NCBI GenBank assembly: GCA_030704615.1
Contig: CM060731.1
Location: forward strand, 91,016,001 to 91,080,000
Direction of reading: 5' to 3'
Origin: Takakia lepidozioides
Lineage: Eukaryota; Plantae; Bryophyta
DNA: 64,000 nt
Positions 39,982 to 52,700 of this stretch are shown here, in pieces; position 1 is the stretch's first letter; each line of letters begins with the position of its first letter. Made by a program: the position numbers and the translations under genes. The notes under the pieces are model-generated. The model searched no databases, was not told the origin of the DNA, and was given only the letters and a program-made list of their open reading frames with translations.

Positions 39982-41257
39982 TTACTCACATGAAAAGTCG
40001 TTGTCGACCTGCTTATCTTCGGGATCGTCATCATTTCGAATTTGAATCCGATCAGTCTGTGTGCCTGAAGTGGAGCCAGACAAAAGGGGGAGGAGCAATG
40101 TGTTGTAGAGGTCAGAATTACCCTCCATGCCAAAAAGGCTTCTTCCGCCTGCCTTGCATGCATGGTAAATTGCTCCTGCACCAGACAGGAGGACATGAAC
40201 AGTTTGGTGGGGGGGATTTAAGCAGATGGAACTGGTGAAAGAAAATCAATTTAGAAGGGAGAGAATGAACCTTTGGACACAGAAAGATCGACCACCCGTG
40301 CATAGTGGTGGCTGCATGACTCCAATAGTATTTGCATGAACGCTGGGGATTTTTTCCTTTGCACCTCTCCAGGGAGTGCCATCTGGTCTCTTTAGAGTCT
40401 GACTGGACTGCATGAAGTTGTACAAAATGTCATCGACATGCGGCTCATAGGGGGGGTTGACGAAACAACCCTGGTCAAAAATCTCAAAGCTGCGGATGGA
40501 GGATGGTGTCTTTGAGGTGCGAATCCTCCGCAGGCAAATCGCCTCGAACATCCTCATCTGCCAAAGATAGCAGGTTAGTGTGGTAAACACAATCTATAGT
40601 GGAAGTGTGCACATCGGCTATTCAGAACTCAGGCATAAAACAATCATTTTTATCACGAATCGGTGATGATCGGTGTCGATCACGACAGATTCTTCTAGAG
40701 TGGAGCTGCAGAGAACATTGAAACTCATCATGAAAGCACAAGCAGAAGGGAGACGGCATACCAGCTGACCAGGGAAACCCCCTTTCACAAGGTAGAGGCT
40801 GTTCACACAATTCCATGTGCGCAAAACTTCAAACCCTGAAGATTTCAGGTATGATGCCAATGCCCGAAATGCCTTTGGCTTTGCTGGTGAGATGGCTATG
40901 ACATCAAGAGCTTTGTCTTTTGGTTTGCGGCCCGCCTTCTTTCCCTTCTGCGGCGTTCCCTGAGCATCAGGCTCCTTGGCAGCCAATGTAGCTATGTTTC
41001 TTTGGTACTGCTCGTCAGTCAGAGGCGCCAGCATCTCAGCATTATTGTTCAAATATTTCATGTGCTGTTCTTGAAAGGTCGTGTGCTCTGGTGGGCAGTC
41101 AAGGTACCAGCCACAGTCTCTGAAGTGAGAAGGACTCCAGTCCTTCAATATCCCTACAGTATACATGGTTGGATCGTTTGCTGGGTCCGACCACATGTCA
41201 AGATAGTCTGGAATACCGCTCAGGTGATTTCCTTCCATAAGCACATATTTCGTGTAT
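39982..41257 (-). pseudogene. 3' exons of the accessory gene (copy B), including the methyltransferase SAM-binding region
   Basis: Homologous to 25626-27039 with an internal deletion. Continues PWRGAKEK(S)PAFMQILLESCSHHYARVVDLSVSKG|AIYHACKAGGRSLFGMEGN...* (exons ~40557-40271 and 40175-39982; +1 frameshift at ~40352). Confidence 0.75.
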
Positions 41258-41548
41258 CTGTTAAACAGGAGATAAATCCCAACCCACCAAAGCGCGAAGT
41301 GAGTAAGATGCAAGTAGCACAGAATGAAAAAAACAAGGAATGAAATGGCTCTGAGAACTGCTCCAAGGAGCTCTCAGGACCACGCGACAGCTCTGGATGT
41401 GAATGTCGTCAACACCATTCAAAAAATTCCATTCAATGATACTGCAAATACACCCTAATCCACGTGAATGCAAACTCTCGCTTTGGAATGACACAGACAT
41501 AGAAGTGAATGTCGTCAACGTCATTCACTTTGGATTTGTGAATACACT

Positions 41549-44500
41549 GCAACTTCCCTTTCAAATCGTACTCCTCTTTCTCCAGAAAGACGGAGCCATT
41601 CTGAAGCTGAAAATGGGTAGCCAAGACATGTTCCAGAACAATTGCAAATCCATTGTCAAGGACTTCCTGGGAGAACGGCACTGGTTTGTCGTCAGAGAAA
41701 AACTCCGCTTTAGAGGAAGCCATCTTCCTTCCTCCCGTACGTTGATACCTTGCTATCACAGACCTTCAGTGTAAATCGGTTTACTGATGTCTCCAAAACA
41801 CAGTTGAAGAATGAGCAGAGAATATGGCGGAGGAAGCTCAGACGACGACTGTGCATATTTTGTTATTCCTTCCAGATATGCAGTCGTCCATTTTAATTAC
41901 TTTTCTTGTGGGCCCCGTGGTCAGAGTATCCCCAGGAGCAATGTCGGCAGCTGTTAAACCGTTAATCAGAACCTCATCAATAAACACAATAACAAGCTCA
42001 CTTCCTGGAAGCATGCCACAGGATCTGAGGGTGGGATTGCAGATTAAGTAAATGCATCTTTATACTACTACCAATGATCATGCGCACCTGGAAAGTTCAA
42101 AATGTGAAACGAATGTGGGGTTGGCTAATAAGGATGAACGTGTATGATATCCCAAAATTTGTCATCAAACTCTCGTTCATTTACATATATTTGTCCAAGA
42201 CTGTGCGCCAAGATTTCTGGGATTCGCTGTTATTTTTAAATATTGAAACCGTTCTAATAAAGAACACGCCGTTTATTTTGGGCGACACACGTCAGACATC
42301 GATAACTATATTGAATATGAACAGCTGTACACTAATTGTTGGCATGTGCACTAATAAGGGAATGACTATGTGTAACGGTCACGCGAGAGGGAATCTGATG
42401 CTTCTAGAGACAAGCAACAACGCACGCAATCCCGCAAGAAATCGGGAGTCACTTCGTTTTTCTACTTTTCGCGCTTAGAGGGAGAGTGGTAGTCAAGCTG
42501 GAGAGGGTTCCTTCTACAATACGAAAGAGAAGAAAGTCTCTTTATTTTACTTCCCTTAGAGAGAGACGCAGAGCAAGAGAGCAAATGACGAGGCGTCGTT
42601 TGTTGGAAAACACAGGGCCAAGGCAGCAGGTGAACGCGGAGACAGATTCACAAGAGCAGACCGAGACTGAGGCAGCGGCTGTGACACAGTCGGCGATAAC
42701 AGTGCGCGTTGGAAACCAGCCTGTGGATGCAGAGATGACTCGCAGAGAAACTGAAGGAGGTGGAAGTACGAGGAATGCTGAACTGGGAGAAGGTCTAGAA
42801 ACCCTAGAGCAGACAGAAATTCCAGCAGATGTGAGAGGGAAGAGGAAAGCTGCAGAAGGGGATCCAATTTCAAAACCTAAGAAGGCGCCAATAAGTTTTC
42901 TCTAACTTACATTTCATTGTTGAAGATCTGCGTAGAGATTGAGTGGAATGTCCCAGAAAGGGATTGTCGTTACCGACCATCACCATGAAACAACGGTGAT
43001 TTGCTTTCTACTCCTCTGTTAAGGGTTTACCGCACAATGAGTGGGTGACTGACGGTACCGTCATTCACTGTTGTTCAGATCATACAGTCTGTCTGATTGC
43101 CTTTCAAGCAGTCCTTCCTCTTCCCTTCTTTAGCAGGAACATGTGATTGAAGTCTACTGAATTGCGAGCGTTGTTAACGCCATTCGATTCTCCTCATGAG
43201 ATTTATGTACCTATGTGTTTGAAGAGAGAGTGAGGGTCGGCATATTCAGTCATATTGTTTTGCAATGCATTTTCTTTGTTTGAGGTTGAACAGATAGAGA
43301 AGTGGAAAGGCGGTACCGCCAATCAAAGATTTGAAGACCATACTGTAGATTCAGGTAGAGTATCGATTGGAAAGTACTCTCGACATAGACAAGAAACAGT
43401 GAATGCTTGCGACGTTCATCACAATGGAGTCAATCTGAATAATCTGCACTTACTGTCCGCCCTAAACTATATTGAATGTTGTTGCCGCCAATCACTTACA
43501 CATATATGTCATTGCACAACACCGATCCGGCAGGTCCCACTCTTTTGTGATTGTCGTTAACGCCGTTTGCTCTTGCTCAAAACCTTTCTGTTCCTGTGTC
43601 CCTAGAATCATAGTGTTTTGTTTTGAATTCGGCAGGATCAGCTTTGGTTGTGTAGATGGTTCTGAATTTGTTTCACACCATTCATTGTGAGTTGAGACGA
43701 GACAGAGTGATGGTCGTTACCGCCGTTCGCTATTTGCACATTACTCAGTCAGATTTGAATGGCATCGTGCAGAAAACTGTGAGGTCCAAGCCTACAGGAT
43801 CAGAGGGGAAAGGATCTGAAGATGGGGACGAGTCTGGAAAAAGCTCAGAGAATAACGATGAAGCAAATGAATCTGAAGTGCACTACCTTGACAAGGTGAA
43901 AGAACTCATGTCATTCCAAAAGGTAAACTCTCAGGAGGTTTTAAGGGACATGCTCGTATCTAGAGGGCGTCTGGACATCCCTCTATGTCGGATGATATCT
44001 ATGCCTGTTGTGCGTCCACCTCTTTCCCATGACATAACAAAATTGGAGAGTGATTTCGTGCATGGATACAGAGTTGGTGCACAAGTTTTTTATGTGTCAC
44101 TGACGGATATAAATGGGAAAAGCACATTAGTGTATCCAGAGATCAGTGATTCCTGGGATGAGTGCTGGAAAGATGCTAATGAGGAGTTCGAGCTGGGCCT
44201 CATGATGGGAAAGAACACCCAGCAATTCTGCAACCACATGTTCTACGTCTGGGACGGCAACCACCGATTGCTGGCATGGGTGGGATACATTCAGAAACAT
44301 CATGCGAAAGACAAAGACAAACATGTTGCTGTGGAGGCAATGGTTTTGGATCCTGGAAACGACATCGCTAGGCTTCTTACAGCTATGCACGACGTGAACA
44401 AGTAAGTCATCCTAGAGATTTCATTCCCTCTGTAGTGTCTCGTTAATCCCAAAAAAACAGTGTTAAAGAATGCAATGTTTCCAATGTTTTTGCAGATCGA

Positions 44501-46215
44501 CAGAGAAATTGCATGTGACAACAAGTTTGGTCCACACACTATTCCGAATTCAGAGGATTGGTCTGATGAAGCTGGATGATTTTCGGACAATACTCCCCCC
44601 CAATATAATCAAGAAGTGCGAAACAGGAAGAGCTGCAGGCACTTGATATTCTTTGACTCGAGAGGCGTTTCTGGAGTACATGTATGCGGTAAGCCCGAGT
44701 CTGTACTCATTTTACTTTTCGAATACATGTTTGTAGTTCCTTCGGTGCTAATCACTATTTGAATCAATGCAGCAAGAACTGGCAGAGGCAGTTGAGAAGT
44801 GAAAATCCGAATATTACCGAACTACACCAGAGGAACTGAGGACATCAAAGGGTGTGGAAGCAGCAATAAAGAAGGAGTTTGAAATGCGAAGAACCAAATT
44901 GATGTCCGCCTTCGGAAAGCAGACTAGAATAGTAGATCCTGGACTTGGTTCTGAGTTCCTTCAGCAGATCAAATCTCACTATGACAAGCATGTGCATCCG
45001 GAGATGCAGCAGGAGAAATTGCACCAGCTGGCCATATCCATGGTCGACCCACAAACAAAAATAAGGTGGCTGGAGATATGGAAATCAGATCAGACGGTAA
45101 ATGACTTGAATCAGTTCCCAAAGAGCACCATACAGCCTGACACAAAGGTGGAAGGAATTAGTGATTTGGTGTTTGATAACTGGCTCCACAAGGCTACATT
45201 TTGGAGTCAGGTGTGTATTCAAATAAGCCGTTTTATTTTCTTCAATTATGTGATGAGTATCTTATTTGCAATACTGACAAATATACAATTTGCAGCTCGA
45301 AAAGCGCGCCGTCATTGTGCTGGATCAGACTTTGAAGGACTTGAACATTTCGATTGTTTCCCCTCCCCAAATATCATTAGAGGCATATATAAGGAAGTGG
45401 AGAGGTCTCACCTGGAGATACTGTTTTTTCCGGGAGTTCTCCAAAGATGGTAACATTTTACGGTCCAACGACTTTGACAGTCTGGTTGGAGGAGAGTGGG
45501 CCATGATGCGAGTTATGTACAGGTGCAATATCATACTGGAAACTCTACTGCACTTTTTGGGAAATAATTTGGCTTAATAAGGATTTTAATCATAGATCCA
45601 AATTGAATGTCGTTGACGACATTCACTTCTTTGTCTGAGTCATTCTTAAGCGAGAATTTGAATTCACCTGGATTAGGAGCTTAGGGTGTATTTATAGTGT
45701 CCCTGATTAGAATTGATAATGTCCCTGAATGGCGTTGACGACATTCACATCCAGAGTTGTTAAGAGGTCCTCAGAGTTATGTAAGTTTTTGTAATGTCCA
45801 TAGAGTTTACAGTGAGGGTTCCTCACTCCAGTTTGCTGAATGTCAATGCATACATTCAGTTGTTCTGCAATGCTTTTGCCTCTTGCGAGAAATCTTGAGG
45901 CTTGATTAGCTGTGTTATCAGAGATCCAAAGTGAATGTCGTTGACGACATTCACTTCTATGTCTGTGTCATTCACCAGCGACAATTTGAATTTACATGGA
46001 TTAGGAGCTTAGGGTGTATTTATTGGTTCTTTGTTCGGAATTTTGTGAATGGTGTTGACGCCATTCACATCCAGTGTTATTATGAGGTCCTTAGTGTTAT
46101 GTACGTTTTGAATGTCCATTGAGTTTTTAGGGAGGGTTCCTTACTCGAGTTTATGAATGTCGTTGCCGACATTCAGTTTCCATCCAATGATTTTGCCTCT
46201 TTTGAGAAAAAGAGG
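41549..46215 (+). mobile_element. Copy B central segment: transposase 5' stub (41549-41723, minus), shared promoter, ParB-domain exons (42585-45522) and palindrome array
   Basis: Collinear high identity with 20888-25350. YVWDGNHRLLAW at ~44244-44279. Stops at ~44644 and ~44800. Confidence 0.9.
45603..46176. repeat. Second palindrome array (six copies; two more at about 41399 and 41505)
   Basis: Copies start at 45603, 45725, 45836, 45931, 46045 and 46153. Confidence 0.9.
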
Positions 46216-48690
46216 TTAAGTAAAAAAAAAAAAACAAAAAAAAAAACAAAACGAAACAAAACAAAACATAGGAAAGTACCGAATGTTGTTTACAACGCAT
46301 GAAGTGGTGATTATGTTTAAACTTTGAACCTCATACCTGGGAGTCCGCAATTGGCTCCTCCGGTGACTCCTCAATCGGCTCTTCTACAATCGGCTCTTCA
46401 GAGTTTGGTACCCGAAGTACCAGATGAGGTCCTCCCCAGTGCCTTCACCATCACCATAACGCAGCTTGAATCAGAGAGACTTCGAGTCTTTTTAAGCTGG
46501 CCAGCAGCTTGTCGAGCTCTTCATGATAAGTGTCCTCTGCTGTACAATTACAAGCATACTTTTTAAATCACTTCAACAGGAGGGACATGTTATCAGCAAC
46601 AAGGGTAGAGAGAGAGAGAAGACTCTAGCCGAGGCCGGCGTAACTAAGAGCCACTTCACCTTGCGGCTACTGCCCCCTTTCGGGGGTGGGCCCTATAACA
46701 AAAAATTGTCCAGGGGGACACCAGGTGACCGTTAAGAATAGAGGGGGCGAGGGTACCCCTAGGTACCCAGGGGTATCCTGGGGGACCTAAGGTGCGTTTG
46801 AAGTGTCGGATTCCAGTTGGCGTTTGTTGGTGATAATAGCTGTGAGTGAACGGAGTGTCGTGAGATGGATTTCTTTGAAACATTTGTGGATGGGAAGAAT
46901 GGGAATTTGGAAGTTATCGTGTATGTCCGTGATACTGGCATTATGAATGCCACCTCAAGTGCCGGCTGTGATGACGGTTAACGGGCCGGTTTTCTCGCCA
47001 CGCCTTCGGAGTGCAAGGATAAGCAGGGCATATTTTTGACGTTTTTCTAAGATTGAATCGTTTGGATAACGATCATGGCAAAATGTGAATTCAATGAAAT
47101 GGATGGTGAGTTGTGGGGATGGTGAGGTGGGGGGTAAAGTGTTGATAGGTAGACCTTGGACGAGGAGTATGTCCGGGCAAAGTCGAGCGGGGCACGAGCA
47201 TGGTGATCGGGTACATATGCATGGTAATAGCCATGGTGGTACTGTGTGGTCGGGTGGCCGTCCCTGGTAGGTGCCTACATTCATGAACGAGAACCAACGG
47301 GTTTCAGCACGTTTTAGAAAAAGTTTATGGAGGTGCAAGACTGCCTGGTTATGACGCGTGATATGCAAGCCATGTATAACTGGGTGTGTACATTGGCTGA
47401 GGAGATGTGGCCAAGTGTCACAAGCTTGGTGGGTGGTTGCACATAACGGGCAGTATGGGGATGGGAACAGTGTGGCCAGAAGATGTGTTTGCGCTGGTGG
47501 CCCATGTATTGGGCATATCGGAATTTGAGTGTTTGTCGGATTTGTGCGTCGGTAGTGGCTTTGGTTAGCTAGAAATGATTGGAGAGTTTATGGTGCAGAA
47601 CATTGGATTGAGTCCATTTTTGGATGTGTACTTTGGTATGGTTGATGGAGGTTGCCGCTTGTTTATTTGCTTCTCTGGTCAGAGTGGTCATGAGGTTTCG
47701 GACTGGTCTGGGTACAGGGGGGTCCGGAACGGGGTGTCTGAACCAGAAGGGATGGGTGTGGGCGATGTGAATAGGGTTGATCGAGGGTTCAACTATGGGT
47801 TGGGAGGCGCCGAGTTGGGCAAGTAGGTCTGCTTCTTCATTACCATGGATGCCAGTATGCAAACGGACTTTGAGTATATGGACTGGGTGGCCTAGGGAGA
47901 TGGCCCTCTGGACAATAGCGGCAATGAGGTTGCGGTCGGGGTGATGATGATGGGCAGAGGGGTGGGAGATGTGGTTGCGAATGAGGAATAGTGAGGTAAG
48001 GCTGTCGGTGAAGATGTAGTGTGGGGGGGGGGGGGGGGGGGGGGGTGTCAAGTAGAGAGAGGGCGTCATAAATGGCCATGAGCTCAGCCCGGAGGATGGT
48101 GGCAGGGCCAGGGAGCCTGAGGGCAACGCCTTGACTGGTGCCAGTGTGGTAGATTCCATACCCTGCATGAGGTTTGGTGAGGGATCCAACAGTGTAATGT
48201 GAATTGGCCAGTGGGTATTTGGGGATGGTGTTTTGTTGATATATTGTAGGGATTGGGGGTAGAGGTGTTGTTGGCGCAACTTGGGAAGGGCGTGGTGTCG
48301 CAATGTTCCAAGCTTTGTTGGTTTTGATCCGGGACAATGTAGTGGGTGTATGGGTGTGGGAGATGATGGTTGGATAATGGATGGTGGCCTTTATTTTATG
48401 AGTGATGGTGAACAATTGTTCGAGCTGAGAAAAGAAAGATGACGGTATGGCTGTATGCCGGGGGTTTTGGATGTGTAGAATCAGGGTTAGGGTCGGTTCC
48501 TTCCGTTTGAGATATTTGGGAAGAGGAGGGGTGTAAATATACTTAAGTTGGTTTGGGTCAATGGTGGCGAGTAGATTGACCCCTTCTGGGAGTTGTAGAA
48601 GAGGGTGAGAGATATTAGGAGTGTTTTGTTGTGTGAGGATAATGATTGTAGATGCAGTAGGAGAGGAGTGCGCAGCAAGTTTTGCCCATT

Positions 48691-48899
48691 CACTACTACG
48701 TTTAGGGGGGGTTAGCGACGCCAGGACCCCGGGCGCGCTCGACGCGCCGATCCCCTGCGACTGCAGCGTCGCACAGGCGCCCGGCTCGGGACTTGCGACG
48801 TCGGGGCGTCGTAACGCCGGCGCTCGAACGACGTTGTGGCATCTGCGATGCCATGCCGTCGCCGGAAAAGGGGCTGACCCCATTCCCCCGCCAACGCAC

Positions 48900-48932
<33 letters not shown>

Positions 48933-49780
48933 GCCGGGGAATCGCAACGAGACGTCGCAGCGCCGCAGCCCAGCGACGCTTTGCGACAGCCGGGCGCTCC
49001 TGCGACGGCGGGGAATCGCAATGCCCGGAAAAAAAAAACAAAAAAAAAACCGTTTTTTTTTTTTTTTTTTTTTTTGATTCCCCGCCGTCGCAAATGCGTC
49101 GCTGGGCTGCGGCGCTGCGATTCCCCGGCGTTTTGGGGGCGGATTTTGGGAGTAGATTGTAGAGCATAATGGGCTTGGCATCCTCAGACTATAGCCATTG
49201 TCCAACAATAAGTTGCAATGCAGCTTTGCAAAACTTAAGCCATTGACAGATATTTGTTCTTGAAGAACTCTGGGGACAAGTCTCAGTGCAAGTTCCAGCT
49301 GTGCGAGCTCCTGTAGAGTACACATAATCTGCAACACAATGATATGATTGAGATAATGGTAGTTACTAGGAACTATCTCTTGATATGTATATATACTTGG
49401 ACTGCTTTTGTGATACATAGATGTATTGTAGATTTGTTGGGTAGTGTGCAGTATCTTAGAAATGTTATAATGTGGAAGTCCTAGGTTCAAATATGCATTG
49501 CCTAATATATGTAGAACAATGCATGAACTGCCATTGGACAAAATCGGAGTCAATGGTCAACGCCGAGTCAATGGTCAACTAGTTTTTTAAATTCAAAAAT
49601 TCAAATTTAAATTTTCCTACCTAATTTCAAATGTACCCCCCTACTGTGACGTCTGGGGGTCACATTTACGACCCCCGGACGTCCCTAATGCGACGTCGCA
49701 GAAAAAAATGTTTTTTTTTTTTTTTTTTTTTGGGCGATATCCGGACGTCGCAAGTCACGCCGGTGCCGCGGCCGGGGGGT
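48691..49780 (+). mobile_element. Non-autonomous CACTA-like insertion splitting the LINE between RT and RNase H
   Basis: Starts CACTACTACG at 48691. CGACG/CGTCG-rich subterminal blocks at 48700-49140 and 49640-49780 surround a unique AT-rich core. Right TIR not found. Confidence 0.65.
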
Positions 49781-52700
49781 ACATAGAGTTTACAATGTGA
49801 GGCTATGGCAGTTTTGGTGAGCCGACTATGATGTGTGGCGGCTGCGATGGCACACTTGTGTAAGCTGAGTTCCATGCCTGACCATAGGTTGAATCTGAGT
49901 AGTTTATTAACTTGTCGGTTGAGGTGTTGTGGTTTATGTGCCAGGATGGCTAGGTCGTCTACATATGCTGCAGCTGAAATGTCACTTGAGGAGGTTTTGT
50001 AGTGATAGCCAAGCTTGCCTCGAGCTAGCCATCGAAGTAGGGGTTCAAGGAAGTTAATGAATAGGTAGGGGCTTAAGGTGTCACCCTGGATAGTTCCACA
50101 AAGGATGGGGATAGGCAGGGTGGAGCCATAGTATGTGCCAAAGTATTCAGTAGTGCTGTTTGTATAGATATTTCCTATTAGTTGGACGGCATCGGTGGGG
50201 TACCCAAGATCAAGCATGATAGCAAGTAATCTGGCATGGTCTAGGGAGCCGAAGACATTTTTAAAATCGATATATAGAAGATAGATTTCTTGCTTTGTAA
50301 GTTTAGCATCTTCAAGTGCGGAGAGAACATATTGTATTTGTCGTGTTGTACTACGTGTAGCTCGGAATCCTTCTTGGGGGTCACTAAGAATTTGGTGTTG
50401 CTCGCCATATCTTGATAGCATTGTGGTGAGCGTACTGGTGAATAGCTTGTATATGGTGTTGGCCAGTGCTATGGGTCTGTCATTACTGAGATCTGTAGGA
50501 TCACCTTTTTTGAAGAGTAGAATGATCCGGCTGTGTTTCCAAGAGTGTGGGATTCGTTTTAGTTTGTAACAGAGTTGAAAGAATTAAAAATGAGGTAGTG
50601 AAGTTTAGGGTTTAGTGCCTGAAGTATAGCATTGGGTATAAGATAGGAGCCCAGGGCTTTAGATTTTGATAGTTTTTTGAGACAGGATTCGTAAAGATCA
50701 ATTGTGAATAGGTCTATGATGTGATCCATTGGGGATCCTCTATTGTCAATCGAGAAGCCATCTATATCATGCCACGGATAATGTTTAGCTTTACACATCC
50801 AATTGGCAGAGTGGAGGCGGGGATGTAAGCAGTTTGGAACTGCATGTGTGTATGTTGAGGATGCTTGTGACCATATTTCTTGGTTGATGTCCGCTGGATT
50901 GGTTAGCAAGTGGCCGTCTCTGTGTTTGAGACAATCAATGGGTGGGTTGAGGGCAGGGTTAAAGATGGCTTTGTGAGCTTTTTTGCAGTGGTCGCGTAGC
51001 AATTAGTTAAAAGAGAAGACGAATTTTTTGTGATTGTCGACGGCTTTTTGTTTGGTAATATTGTAAGCGGTTTTTTTGGTATCTCTGCCAACTTTGGAGA
51101 GAGCAACTGTCCATTTTGGAATATCTTGAAGATTGGCACGTGGTGGCATGAATACTTGACACGTTGTTAAGGTATTTAGGCAAGTGATACGTGGATCCGA
51201 TGTCCAGTTGTTCCCCTGGTGAATGGGGGTAGTGGTGGGTATAATAACGAGGGCACGCTTGATAGTGTGGTATGTGTTAAGATGTGATGTCCATATACGT
51301 TTTTGAGTACGAGTAAGGTAACCACCATTTTGTTTTGAGCATGCAGTTTGTGGGATTTCAGGAGGGGCAGAGTAGGTGGCAATCACACTTTTGGTCATTT
51401 CTTGCATTGAAGTTGTGAGTATGGTCTCGGCGTCGTTCCATGCTTTGTTAGGGGATTGCGCGAGGTTTGCTTCGGAGAGTATATCGGAGAGTCTTAGCAT
51501 GAGGTGTAAGGATGTTGGCTGAAAGTGTTTTAGAAAGACGATTATGTTATTGTGGGGAAGTGGGATAAGATTCTAGATTGCGGCGGTGGGAACATGTATG
51601 GGGGGATAGGTCGAAAGGGGTGTATGGATGCTGGTGGGATGGTGACTGAGGCGGGATAATGGTCTGAGTTGCATAAACTATTAATGTGTACATGACTGTT
51701 GAGGTATGAGGGGATGTCATTTTGTGTCTTGAAGTAGAAACCATCAAGAGGACTGAGGGATGAGTAGTTAAGTCCACCTTGTCTGGAGTAATGGTGATCG
51801 GACGGTATATAACGGAGGTGGTGTGTGAGTGAGTGAATTTTGCCCATTCATGGTCAACGGGGGATGGAGGTTTGTGAACACCATTGTATGTGTGGCCCAT
51901 GAGGGCAATGTCCCTGTTGAAATCGCCTGCTAGTAGTATGTAGTGTGGATTGGTTGGAGGGTTGTGTGAGTGTGTTAGAGATGGTGAGTAGGATATCAGG
52001 GATCAGGGGGAGATCTTCTGCATGTGAGGGCATGTACAAGTGGATAAGGATAATGGGAGGGATAGCGGGGAGGTGTAGCTTGACGATTTGAAGGTGTGAT
52101 AGGAGGGAGGGGAGAGCAACAGTATTTTGACGTGGTGGGCTAGGGGAGTGATGTGTGCGAAGGATACCAAAAGCCACTCCGCCCCGAGTGGGATGATATG
52201 GCACGGAGCGTTTAAGTAGGCATTGTGCGGTTGTGAAGGAACTGCCATATAACAAATAGTAGGCTGGAAGGAGAGGAGATTGTTGATATAGGAGCTGTTA
52301 GGGCCGTGTGTGTTGAGTTTAGTTTCTTGTAATAGAATGATATGTGGAGGTGTAGAGTCCATTAGATGGATAAGGCTTTGGTAGCAAGTGACCCTACATT
52401 CCAGATGAGTATGTTGAGTGCGTGTGCTTGCTGGTAGGAGGGGGCGTGTGGGGGACTGTTGGATCTAGGGGGTGTTGGAGGTGGGTCATTGGTGTGGCTG
52501 GGCAAGCAAGGTATGATGACTGGTGGCGGTATCATGGGAGGGGGTTGATATCCAAGGATGCCTGTCTTGGCATGGAGGGTTGCAGTGAGAATATTTTTGG
52601 AAAGGAATGAGAATTTGTTGGTGAGAGTATCTAGCTCGTGTATGGTAGCAGCTGGGTGCGTTAAGTGTTCGCCAAGAATCTAGTGAACTACTCCGGGCTT

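Noticed and set aside
46221-46270. A-rich tract as the LINE poly(A) tail
   Set aside because: It is on the wrong strand for the minus-strand LINE and lies outside its TSD.
47840-49553. Long ORFs of 417, 283, 182 and 151 aa
   Set aside because: They are read-through across GC-rich CACTA repeats and homopolymer runs fused to LINE sequence, not genuine genes.
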